NCBI RefSeq assembly: GCF_006345805.1
Contig: NC_043013.1
Coordinates: forward strand, 19,096,001 to 19,160,000
Source: Octopus sinensis
Lineage: Eukaryota
DNA: 64,000 nucleotides
Direction: 5' to 3'
This document shows, one piece after another, positions 1 to 13,729 of this stretch (positions are counted from its first letter, which is position 1; every line of letters starts with the position of its first letter). A program made the position numbers and the translations under genes. The notes under the pieces are model-generated. The model worked only from the letters and a program-made list of their open reading frames with translations. It made no database searches and had not been told where the DNA came from.

Positions 1-141
1 GCGTGTTTATGAAACAGTAAACGAAACCGCGTGGTCGCATTGTACCATAGAATTGCGAAAAGAATAATAAAATGAAGACGAAAAAAGCCCCGAAAAATAC
101 ACATCAATATAAAAGGAAGAAGAATGGTCAGAATGTCTTAC

Positions 142-335
142 TTGATTTGCGTGGAATAAAAATATAATCGCCTTCATCAGAGAATATTTCTTGGCTGACA
201 CGTCTGATGCTGTCGTTATTGATTTTCTGCCAGTTCCGTTTGTACTTCAGAGGTAGGTGTTTATTGCTATAGTTACTGGAACAGGTACTCTTGGAGATGG
301 AGGTATCATTACTTGCGACCGAAACTGCACAGCTC
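142..335 (-). CDS. Host gene exon, probable cytoplasmic tail (SCAVSVASNDTSISK...SDEGDYIFIPRKS); gene continues left of the window
   Basis: Acceptor tttctttaacaatAG and donor A|GTAAGA. 194 nt, phase 2-1, entry phase matches the TM exon, only one frame open. Confidence 0.65.
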
Positions 336-398
336 CTATTGTTAAAGAAATAGATCAAATGTTGCAATAATGTGTGCGCGTGCTTGTGTCAGTGTGTG

Positions 399-463
<65 letters not shown>

Positions 464-621
464 TTGTATGTTTGTTTGTGTGAGTGTGTGTAAATGTTTA
501 ATTAATGATATTTAAAACGTACAATGCAACACTTATTGATAGGGTGACTCAATCTTCAAAGTCAAATGTATTGCAAAGATCCGATGAAGAAATCCTTCAC
601 GACACACACACACACACACAT

Positions 622-667
<46 letters not shown>

Positions 668-712
668 ACACACAAACAAACACACACAAACACATGCATG
701 CGCGCATTAGCG

Positions 713-1101
713 CAAGGACAGTAATTTCGTGGAGACGCGGCCTAAGTCAATTAAATCGACGCCAATGCTAAACTGGTACTTATTTTATCGATACCGAAAA
801 GATGAAAGGCAAAGTCGGTCCAGGCCGCATTTGAGTCCAGAGCGCAAAGACGGACGAAATGCCGCTAAGTATTTTTCCCGGCGTGCTAACGATTCTGCCA
901 GCTTGTCACTTTTATAATACTACTAATAACAATAATCTTTTCTACGATAGGCACAGGGTTTGAAATTGGAGTTAGCGGGTGGGGGTGGGGGTAATCCGAT
1001 CACACCGACACCAGTGCTGAGCTGGTACTTATTTTATCGACTTTCAAGTCGATGAAAGGCAAAGTGGTCCTCTGCGAAATTCGAACTCACAGCTCGCCGC
1101 C
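713..1101 (-). mobile_element. Two diverged SINE family B copies
   Basis: ctggtacttattttatcga...gaaaggcaaagt occurs twice. Confidence 0.7.
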
Positions 1102-1390
1102 TTTGTAATAATAATAGTTTGCGATATTCAAAGTTTTATAGTGCATACATGCGTTTCACCATAATGCCGAAATAATTAGATAACATTAGTAGAAACATCA
1201 TGCAATCATGCATTTCACGTCATCAATCTACTCTCGTGGGAAAACAAAATTCCGCGGGCCAGTGAGCAATGATGCCGTCGAGAGGTAGGCCCCGAAACGG
1301 CGCGCATTTTCTCCTGATAACCTTATATACTTGCTGGCTTCAGCATGTGGAGCTTTTCACTGGCAGCACTTGCATGTACCAATTGTTTGC

Positions 1391-1429
<39 letters not shown>

Positions 1430-1444
<15 letters not shown>

Positions 1445-2207
1445 CACATACATATAAACATACACACACACACACGCACGCACACACACTCACACACTGA
1501 TATATATTGATGTTTGGTTTTAAGTTAATCTTAAACTGAAGGATTACTGAATACATTTTAGTAGAGTAATTGTTTATTGAAGTTCTACGAGGAACAAGTT
1601 GAAAGTGACTTCAAAATTTCGGTCTACGCAACTTCATAGGACAGTCTAATGGAGGCCGAGCAAGACGAAAATTCGAAATTACTGCCAAACTTTTTCCTTG
1701 TAAAAGTTAATAAATGTACGCTCGCGCGTGCACACGCGCATCCAAAGCACACACACACACAAAACACATACACATGCATACACATACACGCAACACAGCA
1801 CACACATACACACACACAACACAACACACACACACACACACACAGATACACACACACACATACACAACCCCATACACATGCACTATAAAGATTACGATGG
1901 GCTCACCCAATGTTCTAGTGGTTTGTACAATTATAAATAAATTAAATCCATTAATGAAATTTATTTGATACATGAAACAATTACAAATGGTCTATTTATT
2001 ATGGAATACTACCGTGGAGAGTAAAAGAGAGGACAACAGGACTATAGAGTTTCAGTTTATCAACTTTTATCACAAAACGGATTTCCGCACGATAGACGGC
2101 AAAAGTTTTAGAATATAGACCAGTAACCTTATCTATGAAGATAAACACTCTTGGCACGCCAACTTCTCATACATGAATAGATATATACTGAGATACATAC
2201 ATACATT

Positions 2208-2240
<33 letters not shown>

Positions 2241-2408
2241 GCATAGATGCATGCATACATACACACATAGATAGATACATACGTATAGACTGATAAATAT
2301 ATATATATATATATATCTATACAATATTGTATAGATAAATTTCCTCTATTTACATAATATTGAGGTCTCTTTCTTTCTTTTGTTATCTTACCGTTTTATC
2401 ATATATAT

Positions 2409-2451
<43 letters not shown>

Positions 2452-3647
2452 ACATTTATATATATATATATAAATAGATATATATGTTTGTGTGAATGTG
2501 TATGTATGTGTATGCCAGCTAAGCTAAGTTGAACTGTCTAAAGTCGAAAGACACCTGTTGTTTTTGCTCTGTTATTACTATTATTGCTTTTTGTATTTAT
2601 ATTCGTGTGGCATCGTCCGTTTTTTGGTCCTTGTTTCGTATACATTCGATCATTTTTCCAAGAAATCTAATGCTCGTAGCTTAGTTTTTCATTGGAGCTG
2701 GCCGGATCGGAGCGATCTCAAGATTAATCAGCCGAAATTCTTGGCTGAAGATTAGAGGCTTCGAATGACCTGTTCGTTTTTTTGTGTCGTCTCTTTGAGT
2801 GTTTTGCGTTATTGTTCCATTTTGTATTTTTATATATAATTTTTATACATATATATATATATATATATACACATACATATAAACATACACACACACACAC
2901 GCACGCACACACACTCACACACTGATATATATTGATGTTTGGTTTTAAGTTAATCTTAAACTGAAGGATTACTGAATACATTTTAGTAGAGTAATTGTTT
3001 ATTGAAGTTCTACGAGGAACAAGTTGAAAGTGACTTCAAAATTTCGGTCTACGCAACTTCATAGGACAGTCTAATGGAGGCCGAGCAAGACGAAAATTCG
3101 AAATTACTGCCAAACTTTTTCCTTGTAAAAGTTAATAAATGTACGCTCGCGCGTGCACACGCGCATCCAAAGCACACACACACACAAAACACATACACAT
3201 GCATACACATACACGCAACACAGCACACACATACACACACACAAAACACATACACATGCATACACATACACGCAACACAGCACACACATACACACACACA
3301 CATACACACCCCATACACATGCACTATAAAGATTACGATGGCTCACCCAATGTTCTAGTGGTTTGTACAATTATAAATAAATTAAATCCATTAATGAAAT
3401 TTATTTGATACATGAAACAATTACAAATGGTCTATTTATTATAGAATACTACCGTGGAGAGTAAAAGAGAGGACAACAGGACTATAGAGTTTCAGTTTAT
3501 CAACTTTTATCACAAAACGGATTTCCGCACGATAGACGGCAAAAGTTTTAGAATATAGACCAGTAACCTTATCTATGAAAGATAAACACTCTTGGCACGC
3601 CAACTTCTCATACATGAATAGATATATACTGAGATACATACATACAT

Positions 3648-3680
<33 letters not shown>

Positions 3681-3837
3681 GCATAGATGCATGCATACAT
3701 ACACACATAGATAGATACATACGTATAGACTGATAAATATATATATATATATATATCTATACAATATTGTATAGATAAATTTCCTCTATTTACATAATAT
3801 TGAGGTCTCTTTCTTTCTTTTGTTATCTTACCGTTTT

Positions 3838-3894
<57 letters not shown>

Positions 3895-4310
3895 ACATTT
3901 ATATATATATATATAAATAGATATATATGTTTGTGTGAATGTGTATGTATGTGTATGCCAGCTAAGCTAAGTTGAACTGTCTAAAGTCGAAAGACACCTG
4001 TTGTTTTTGCTCTGTTATTATTATTATTGCTTTTTGTATTTTTATTCGTGTGGCATCGTCCGTTTTTCTGTCCTTGTTTCGTATACATTCGATCCTTTTT
4101 CCAAGAAATCTAATGCTTGTAGCTTAGTTTTTCCTTGGAGCTGGCCGGATCGGAGCGATCTCAAGATTAATCAGCCGAAATTGCGAGGTTGATCCGGTTC
4201 CTGACTGAAGATTAGAGGCTTCGAATGACCCGTCCGTTTTTTTGTGTCGTCTATTTGAATGTTTTGCGTTCTTGTCCCATTTTGTATTTTTATATAATTT
4301 TTTATACATA
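1430..4310. repeat. Tandem duplication of a unit of about 1.43 kb
   Basis: Anchors at 1452 and 2877 (offset 1425). Near-identical unique sequence, with differences mainly in microsatellite length. Confidence 0.9.
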
Positions 4311-4358
4311 TATATAATATATATATATTATATATATATATATATATATAACATATAT

Positions 4359-4746
4359 GTTAATCCAAAAATGAAAACACAAAGAGAAAACACGACGTGA
4401 GAATGTGGAACAAGTATAGTGTTATTGGATGCTCAGGAAATATATATATATATATATATAATATATATATATATACATACCTCATTCTCTTGCACTCTCT
4501 TTTCTTTGAAAGAACTTTTTTTTCACTCATTCCCTTCCGGCTATTCAAAATGTGAGACCGCGTGTGTATCGTTGGCGATGTCTTCCCTTCCTTGGATTTT
4601 TCCTTTTCCTATGTTTCTGACGACGAGCTCCGCTCGAAACGTTAAATCCTCCTTCTTTCCTTCCTTTCCTGAGCGTCCAATAACACTATACTTGTTCCAC
4701 ATTCTCACGTCGTGTTTTCTCTTTGTGTTTTCATGTTTGGATTAAC
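4359..4746 (+). mobile_element. Penelope-like terminus with minimal hammerhead (4613-4647) and inverted terminal duplication
   Basis: GUUU CUGACGA C GAGC-UCC-GCUC GAA ACGU U AAAU. Segment 4359-4440 is the reverse complement of 4665-4746. Confidence 0.65.
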
Positions 4747-4747
4747 A

Positions 4748-4802
<55 letters not shown>

Positions 4803-4919
4803 CTCGAGCCAGTAATGTAGTTTGTCTGGCAGACACTATGGGTTCTGTTGGAATGTCGTTAGCTGCGAAACCACACGGTGGTTTATATTATTCACGTTTT
4901 CGTTTTATTTTATAGAGTT

Positions 4920-5280
4920 GGGAAGAAGGTTAAGTTTCGAATTTTTAAATAAAGTTACAGTTACTAAACTTATTTCTATGTTCTACAAATGTTGCTTGTT
5001 GGCGTAGTTGCTTCGCAGTAAATGATTTAATTCTGGTTGCAGATCGTTCCAATATGATTCCAATCGATTCATATAGCCAACAGCGGAGTTTTGTTATGCT
5101 TTTTCGTAGCAGTTAAATCTATCATTGTTCAATTCATAACTCCAAGAGAAATGAGTTTTGTAGTTACGGTTTCTTCTAAAACTACACCTAGAAAGAATTC
5201 GTTTGCCTGCTGAGCCGTTGTTTTCGTTCTGTTGTTCGACTGTGTTGTTGATTTTGTGTCCAGCCATGTTTTTATAGTAT
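4920..5280 (-). mobile_element. Degenerate N-terminal ORF region of an R4/Dong-like non-LTR retrotransposon
   Basis: HFSWSYELNNDRFNCYEKA*QNSAVGYMNRLESYWNDLQPELNH, then a frameshift to KQLRQQATFVE. Resembles the W...CY...GY..R...W...L..QA N-terminal motif of REL-endonuclease elements. Confidence 0.55.
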
Positions 5281-5503
5281 TTTTCTGCATGCTAAATTCA
5301 AGGTTCAGTCAAAAATCACAACAATCGTGGATAAAAGGATCCATCAGTTAATTTAGCTGAAGGTTAGCCAGTTATTTAGCAAGGTTGATAGTTGTGGCTC
5401 CAAAGCTAGTATTCATCAAAGGTAGTATTCATTGTATTTTCGATAAGTAGTCTCCCACACCAAACACGCGACTTGTCGCTTCGAATGTTTATGTGTGTAT
5501 GCG

Positions 5504-5537
<34 letters not shown>

Positions 5538-5702
5538 TGTATGTATGTTTGTATGTATGTATGTTCGTATGTATGTATATATGTATGTATGGAAGTATGT
5601 ATGTATATATCTATATCTATATCTGTCTATCTATCTCTATCTATCTATCTATCTATCTATCTCTATCTATCTATCTCTATCTATCTATCTATCTATCTAT
5701 CA

Positions 5703-5738
<36 letters not shown>

Positions 5739-5771
5739 ATATATATATATATATAATATATATATATATGC

Positions 5772-5813
<42 letters not shown>

Positions 5814-5840
5814 GCATATATCTTTTTTTTTTTTTTTTTT

Positions 5841-6040
5841 ACTAGTTTCAGTCATGACTGTGACTGTGGCCATGCTGGAGCACCGCCTTTAGTCGAGCAA
5901 ATCGACCCCGGGACTTATTCTTTGTAAGCCCAGTACTTATTCTATTGGTCTCTTTTGCCGAACCGCTAAGTGACGGGGACATAAACACACCAGCATCTGT
6001 TGTCAAGCAATGCTAGGGGGACAAACACAGACACACAAAC
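5841..6040 (-). mobile_element. SINE family A, 3' half
   Basis: ggccatgctggagcaccgcc...gaaccgctaagtgacgggg. Confidence 0.8.
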
Positions 6041-6771
6041 ATATATATAAGCTAAAACTATTCATCAAAATTGCCTTTTAACTTTTTTTCAACCACTTGC
6101 TTAATATTCATATAGCTCTTGTAATAAATTCTTCTATATAACACAAAATCTGTTTCAACAGAAATAACGAAACGAAAGGGTTAAAGTAAATGCCAGAATC
6201 TGATAAGTTGCTTACAGATCCAGTTATAATTGAAACATTGTACTACAAACTTCGTTTCTCGAAATTTCGGATAAAAATCTTTTTTTAGTAACCTTAAATT
6301 TCCGCCAAAGAAATAACAGATTAAAACGAAAATAACAATCCTTTGCTTCAATGGACAAAATTTCATAAATCATCCTGCCCAGTGTCCATTGACTAGCAAG
6401 GAGCTGGTGAATCACAAGATACTGAAAACAATCCTAAAGATTTTTGGCCATTTGAATAAAAGGCAGATTGTGACATCAAGATAAAATAGGAGGTAATAAA
6501 TTCCAGCTGTCAACTTCAAACACTAAACGGAATGTTAACAATAGACTTTAAAAACAATCAAGTTTGTAGGGTTTTATTTATATTGTTACTCTCATTGCTT
6601 TGAAGAGACGTGGTAGCATTTTTTGGAAAATATGTTTGCAAATACATACATACATATATATATATATGCATTTGTGTGTGTGCGCGCATGCGTGTGTGTG
6701 CATGTGTGTTTGCAATACACACACACCACACACACACACACAACACACACACACACACATATATATTTATT

Positions 6772-6870
6772 AAGGCGGCGAGCTGGCAGAAACGTTAGAT
6801 TGCCGGGCGAAATGCGTAGCCGTATTTCGTCTGTCGTTACGTTGTGAGTTCAAATTCCACTGTGGTCGAT
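6772..6870 (+). mobile_element. SINE family B, 5' part
   Basis: aaggcggcgagctggcagaaacg...gagttcaaattcc. Confidence 0.75.
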
Positions 6871-7329
6871 ATGGGAAATCCTCTGCGCCAATAAACCACA
6901 AATGTTCCTGAAAGTTTTTTAATATCTTCTACAGATTGCTTGAAACTCACTAACTTCCTACGCCTTGATTCTGGGATCTTACCTTTACAGACACACACAC
7001 ATACACACACATACATATGTATATATGTATGTATGTAAACATACATACTTACACACATGTGTGTGTATATATATATATATGTATATATGTATGTATGTAA
7101 ACATACATACTTACACACATGTGTGTGTATATATATATATATGTATATATGTATATATATATATATTCTTTTATTCATGTATTGGTTTCAGTCATTCGGT
7201 AAAAGAGACCGATATGGTGCCAAAAGAGTGATTGCAATATGAAACATCATTAGATGTCATTTCCAGGATGTGCTATTAAGTTAGTCGTGGCTTGAGCCAA
7301 TTCTAACCGATACTTATTTAAGTATCTAA

Positions 7330-7530
7330 TATGTATATATTTTTTTCTCTCCTTGTTCTTTTCTCTCCTATTTTTTCTCTCCTTGTTTGTTTCTGTGTCC
7401 CTTTCTGTAGAAGAGCGTGGCTCGAAACGTAAAAGACTTTTTCTATTCCTGAGCGTTATACTAATACATCTGTTTGTTTTGTACACCACCTATCTTCGTC
7501 TTTTTTCTTTTTCGTAAGCTCTCCCTATAT
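7330..7530 (+). mobile_element. PLE-like terminus, family 2, with a CUGUAGA hammerhead-like motif
   Basis: ctttctgtagaagagcgtggctcgaaacgtaaaagac followed by ...cctgagcg. Confidence 0.55.
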
Positions 7531-7535
7531 ATATA

Positions 7536-7733
7536 TAAAGGATGTCCGTAAATTAGCTTTACAACTTCCACAATTTTTTGTATCCCTTAAAGTTGAGATA
7601 TATCAATATCTTTGCGTGTAAAGTAAATATGATTAGTTCTTATTTCTTTGTGAGATGCCCTTAATTTTTTTCTTTCTTGCTTTTTTTTTTATTGAAGTTT
7701 CATATTTTAATGATAATTTATGGACATCCTGTA
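7536..7733. mobile_element. Tc1/mariner-type MITE
   Basis: TA-flanked TIR (c/a)aggatgtcc(a/g)taaatta at both ends. Confidence 0.65.
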
Positions 7734-8194
7734 TATACATATATACATGCATATATTATAGTATAGTTGTCGAAAATATACGCAAACAACGGCCTCTGGT
7801 AAAATTAACAATATGATACAAACGATATGCTACATTCACCCAAATTACAAATAAACCAGCAATTAACATTAACGACAGTTAAGATTAATTAATCTGAGTT
7901 AATTGCTGTTTTATAGTATGTTTTATAGACATAATACACCATAAAATGTTCTGCGGACATTCTGAGATTTCACAGGTGTAGCGTAAATGGAACTTTATGA
8001 GTCAATAAGGCAGCCTGAGATTATTTAGACTAATTAAATTGACTTTATTGTATATTCAAACAATAAAACACCATATTATAGAATTTTTCTAGATAATCCA
8101 GCTTGTTTTTAACTTCTTTCTGTTTTGTATCGCATGCCGGTACCTATGTACATATTCGACATATATGCATATATATATATGTATATATATATAT

Positions 8195-8515
8195 CTTTAA
8201 AGACTCCGCCGGTTACGACGACGAGGGTCCCAGCTGATACGATCAACGGAACAGCTTGCTCGTGAAATTAACGTGCAAATGGCTGAGCATTCCACAGACA
8301 CGTGTACCCTTAACGTAGTTCTCGGGGATAATCAGCGTGACACAGAGAGTGACAAGGCTGACCCTTTGAAATACAAGTACAACTCATTTTTGCCAGCTGA
8401 GGGACTGGAGCAACGTGAAATAAGTGTCTGCTCAAGGACACAACGCGTCGCCGGAATCGAACTCACAACCTTACGATCATGAGCCGAATGCCCTAACCAC
8501 TAAGCCACGCGCACT
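8195..8515 (-). mobile_element. SINE of the family C group
   Basis: Reverse complement gcgcgtggcttagtggttagggcattcggctcatgatcg; shares its tail with 53770-53940. Confidence 0.8.
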
Positions 8516-8529
8516 CACTATATATATAT

Positions 8530-8644
<115 letters not shown>

Positions 8645-8674
8645 TATATATACATATATTTTGCATATTATTTT

Positions 8675-8995
8675 TTATTTGTTTCAGTCATTAGACCACG
8701 GCCACGCTGGGCACCTCCTTGAAGAAGTTTAATCCAACGAATCTATCCCAGAACGTTTATCTTTTTTTTTTTTTTTTTTTTTTTTAGACTGGTACTTATT
8801 CTATGGTCTCTTTTGCCAAACCGCTAGGTTACTTGGAGGTAAACACACCAACACAAACTCACGCAAACACATACAAATACAGACACAAATAAATGAAATG
8901 TGCTTCTTTAAGTTTCTGTCTACCAAATTCCAAACCATTCACAAGGCTTTGGATCAGTCCAGGGGGACATACAGCGGATAACCTTGTAGTAGGGA
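8675..8995 (-). mobile_element. SINE family A, diverged copy
   Basis: Degenerate match to the family A body. Confidence 0.6.
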
Positions 8996-9540
8996 TGCAA
9001 ACTTGTTACCACACAGTTACGCCTTTGAATACACACACACACACAGAGGGGTGGATAGATAAAAATATATATACGTATATTTAGACACACTGATATGTAC
9101 ATACATACGGTCATTGACACATACACATATGTTTGCATATATACGTGCAAACATACATTATGTATCATCTGAAATCATTCTCAGCTTTGTTAGTGCTGTT
9201 TCAAAAGTATACTTTGCTGAAAAGGTCTTAGGAGACTGGAGTTTGTCTAGAATAAGATATACATCCCCATTTCTTAATGAATTCCCCGCCCTTGTCTATC
9301 TTGATAAGAATTGTCTTTAACACTAAATATTTTTTTTCTCCACTCTTTAATACTTTTGAATTTTGGAATTCCCTTCCTTGTCAGTCTTGATAAAAATTAT
9401 TGTTAACGCGAAATAGTTTTTCTTCATATTAAGAATAGAATTTTAAAATGGTTGAAGATAATTTTTTTGTTCTGTGCACAGAATTATTTGAGTCACACTT
9501 AAGACTTGTTTCATCATAAAAAATAGCATATACTATAGTG

Positions 9541-9870
9541 AAGGCATATGGCTCGATGGTTAAAGCGTCGAGCTTATGATCGTGAGGTTGCGAGTTCGAT
9601 TCCCGGACCGTGCTACGTGTTGTGTTCTTGAGCAAGACACTTTATATAACATTGCTCCAGTTTACACAGCTGTAGAAATGAGTTGCGATGTCACTGGTGT
9701 CAAGCTGTATCGGCCCCTTTGCCTTTCACTTGGATAACATAGCGGTGTGGATAGGGGAGGCTGGTATGCATGGGCGAACGCTGGCCTTCCATAAACAACC
9801 CTGCCTGGACTTGTACCTCGGAGGGTAACTTTCTAGGTGCAATCTCATGGTCATTCATGAACGAAGGGAG
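9541..9870 (+). mobile_element. SINE of the family C group
   Basis: tRNA-like head plus ttgtgttcttgagcaagacactt. Confidence 0.75.
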
Positions 9871-10643
9871 TCTCACCTCTCACGTCACCTCACTATAGTT
9901 AACAACTTACACTGTTGTGGTCACTTCTGTCTTTCTTCTTCGCACCACTGTGTCAATTAACGACCAATAGTGACTTCCATAAGATACACATTGTATCTTT
10001 GGAATTTTTGTGCGGCCTTACACAAGGATAATACGCAGGTAATTTCGTGGGATATTACACAGGTATTTTTTGTAGGTCACTACAGAAGTAGTTTCGCGAG
10101 ACAATATACAGGTTGTTTTATGGGACACTTCACATGTGTTTTCTGGGGTTTTTTTAAGGTGCAAACCTGATATCTTTGGGATTTGAATTTAGATGATAGA
10201 GAGTCGCCGGAACGATTATCGTCAGCCATTTTATTGACCGCTTTGCCAATATGCCGCCTTGTATGATATCATTATAACTCACAATCAGTTTTATGGTTTC
10301 AATATCAATAAATAACACAACCTCTTTATATGAAAGTTGTTACCATAAAAATATAATTTATCAATGTTGAAAATTGAATTAACTGAATAGAATTGTCCTG
10401 GAACTATATATATATCGGGTGATTCTTTGCTGCATTCATTTGAGTGTTAGTTTTACGAAATACAATCTTGTTGGCTGTATCTAGTTAGGAGAAAATGAGA
10501 GAGAGAGAGAGAGAGAGGAGGTGGGAGAAGGAGAGAAAGTGAGAGAGAGAAGAGGAAGAAAAAATAAAGAGAGGGAACTAAAAACTAATACATTTTTATT
10601 GAGCCCGGACGAATGAAGATCGAACCTGTCATCGATGATATGT

Positions 10644-10729
10644 CAAAATAAATACCCCTAAACATTTTATGTGAGACTCTAACAGCCAAAATAAATACCC
10701 CTAAACATTTTATGTGAGACTCTAACAGC
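10644..10729. repeat. 43-bp exact tandem duplication
   Basis: caaaataaatacccctaaacattttatgtgagactctaacagc, twice. Confidence 0.9.
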
Positions 10730-10940
10730 TCTGCCAGTCCACCACATTAGTAAACATTTATTTGGTGCTATTTAAAAGAGCAGGCCATACCACTTTTAGT
10801 AATTGGTATAGAGACGTGAAGTTCAACGGGTTTCAAATAGGTTAATATTTTTTTTATAGTTATCGTTTGAAACCAGGTGTATTGCAATCTAGCAGATCTT
10901 AAACTAAGTTAGAAGGAATAGAGTAGAAGATTGAACTTAC

Positions 10941-11070
10941 GTGTCTAGGTCAGTTCTTTGATAATTGTTTCGATATACATAATGTCTTCGATAATACCAG
11001 AGTCCTCCCAGAACGATTGCTATTACTGAGACCAATGATAGCAACACCGACAGCACAACTGTCACAGTAT
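10941..11070 (-). CDS. Host gene exon: transmembrane helix plus juxtamembrane (DTVTVVLSVLLSLVSVIAIVLGGLWYYRRHYVYRNNYQRTDLDT)
   Basis: Acceptor ttatatttcAG and donor AC|GTAAGT. 130 nt, phase 1-2. About 22 hydrophobic residues followed by YYRR, a type I TM stop-transfer pattern. Confidence 0.88.
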
Positions 11071-11924
11071 CTGAAATATAACGAACCGGATTTCAAGAAT
11101 TTCGGAAATATTTGCGGACACAGCCTCATGCTTGCTGTGGGTTGTCGTAAGAAATCGACTCAATATAAAACTAGTTTCTATATGTTTTATGGGCTTTACT
11201 CCACTGAGTTATGCTGGCAATTTCTTCTTACATGTCAGGCTAAGTTCCCGTTATTCGTAAAAGATTTTTATATTGATCGATCAAAGGAAGAATTCATGCA
11301 AATTTCAAAGTTGGGTAATTATTTGAACTATTAAAAGTGGGCTTTGATTGTAATTCTTTCAAGAGTAATGAACATATTTAGTCTGGTGCTAATCATAGAA
11401 TGAATAAGAATGTGTTTATTTCACTTACTGGAGCCGCTGGGGATGTCTTCGGTTGTATTCCTACAAAGAAGAACGTTATAATTAATATGGTTAATATGGT
11501 GTCATAATTAATAATGGTTTCTAGTATAGGTACAATGCCAGCTATGTTTAGGGAAGGTATTAATTGATATCATTCATCTCAGACCTGGTTGGTACTTTAT
11601 TTTATCTATCCGGAGAGATTACAGGCAAAGTTAATCCCGAAGCAACGCAAAAGCTTGTGTATTTACTTGCTCGGTAACATGGCACTCACCACCGTCAGTT
11701 TAAATTAGTTATTTCTCATCAAATTTACCAAATTATAAATTATTTGGATGTAGAACCCAAATCTACAGGGTGAAGGAAAAGACGGGAAGAGTTAACCATC
11801 GGATACACAATATCATTGAAATATGCGCAGTCTTACCCGATAGCAAGTTTTCAACTGCGAAAAGTTTTGTGTCGAAAACTATGACTTTCATCAGGTGTTA
11901 TAAAAATACAGTGAAGGGGTGTGG

Positions 11925-12225
11925 CTTAGTGCTTAGTTTATTCGGTTCGCGATCTTAAGATGGTGAGTTCGATTTCCGGCGGAGCATTGTACCCGTGAGC
12001 AAGACACTTTATTTCACTCTTCTCCAGTCCACTCATCTGGCAAAAATGAGTAGTTTCCTTATTTCAGAGGGCCAGCCCTGTCACATTCTGTGCCACGCTG
12101 AATCCCGCCGAGAATTACATTAAGGGTACACGTGTCTGTGGAGTGCTCAGCCACGTGCACAGGCTGTTCCGTTGATCGGATCAACTGGAACTATCATCGT
12201 CGTAACAGACGGAGTGCTAGTTGTT
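11925..12225 (+). mobile_element. SINE of the family C group, diverged
   Basis: gtgagttcgatt...gagcaagacacttt...cgtaacagacggagtgc. Confidence 0.7.
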
Positions 12226-12993
12226 GTTGTAAAAAGACAGATACTTTTGTATCCATCTGGAAAAGAAACCTACTCATACTGCTTAACTGCTCAACATGGA
12301 AATGCTTTTCTCATTGCTACTTAGACAAGTAGAGCCAAAGTGAAGCTTTGGCTATGGAGGTCATAACAAAACTAAAACATGTTGTTGCTTTGTCTCCTGC
12401 ACTTGCTGAAATAATTAAAATATTACCAGCCATTGAGTAATATTGTTTTCTTTCCGTACTCAATGATTAATTCTGTTATTTTTCATCTCTAACCCACGTT
12501 TTACAAATTACTTATGTAGCTAAATGTCTCAATCGTTAAAAAGCCAGTGTGACAAGTAATGTATCGTATGCTGACATAGAGATCCAACGATAATGATAGC
12601 TTCATATATGACATCTGAGAGGATATTAATTGAGTTTATGTTTGGAATAAAATGTAGCTGTAGCTGTGCGCTTAAGACATTCATCTCGTAACAACATGAT
12701 TTCAGGTTCAATCTGAATACACTGCATCTTGTACAAGTGATATCTACGCAGTGAATGAAGATTGAATAGACTCAAACGATATGGAACACGCCAGTGCTGC
12801 ATTTAGAGCCTGTGATAGATAGGGTAAAGCCCTTACTCTTTTTTTTAACAGCATGGCTATCGGGTAACATTCTGTTGCATTCCCGAGCTCATTCTCCCAT
12901 TTTGCGGGTGCCACGCTACTAGTCACAAGTCTGGTGTTATAATATATCCCTGTGTCCTATTTGTCTCGGAAGTCAAATGTCTGTATGTATCTT

Positions 12994-13208
12994 TACGAAA
13001 AGGTGCTGAAAAGTCCCTAGCTTGAAGTAAAAGAAAATACAGGAGGATCAGTTAATTATGATTTTATTCAATATAATCCCTTCTCAGATTCACATACCTA
13101 TTGCATCGGCCCTCACTTTTTCTAAGCCCTGTAAAAGAACTCTGAAGTTTGGGCCTCCATCCAGACCTTTCGTGACTCCCTTAAAGGAACTTTTCAGTAC
13201 CCCTCCTA
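12994..13208. mobile_element. Mariner-type MITE
   Basis: TA-flanked imperfect TIR cgaaaaggtgctgaaaagtccct / ggaacttttcagtacccctcc. Second copy at 43855-44053. Confidence 0.6.
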
Positions 13209-13228
13209 TATTCTTAAGTACATATCTA

Positions 13229-13259
<31 letters not shown>

Positions 13260-13695
13260 CTGTATGTGTGTGTATGTATGTATGTATGTATGTATGTATG
13301 TATGTATGTATGTATGTATGTATGTATGTGTGTATGTATGTAGCTATATAGGTATGTATATATTTTTCACAAACCTGCATAGGAATCCATCTTCTATTTG
13401 TATACAAGTGTAGCTTCCACAGAAACAAAAGACAACGGCTGATATGGATTTAAATAAAAAAAATAAAGAGATTTAATGTTCATTAAATGGAATACGGTGA
13501 ACGTTTGGATATTAACAACAAATAATTTTGATAGCTACATATGGCATATGGTTCGTGTACATTATAAAATTGTGGGTATTAGGGAGAAGTTTAAATTCAC
13601 ATAAATACAATTATACATACAATTACACATGCATACGTATATAAATGCATACACACATTTATCTATCAATATATACACCTACATACATACATACA

Positions 13696-13729
<34 letters not shown>

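Noticed and set aside
170-190. CTGATGAAGGC on the minus strand
   Set aside because: It lies in a coding exon (SDEG) and has no GAAA or helices.
2735-2775. CTGAAGA...CGAAT hammerhead-like text (also near 4203)
   Set aside because: GAAT instead of GAAA and no helix II pairing.
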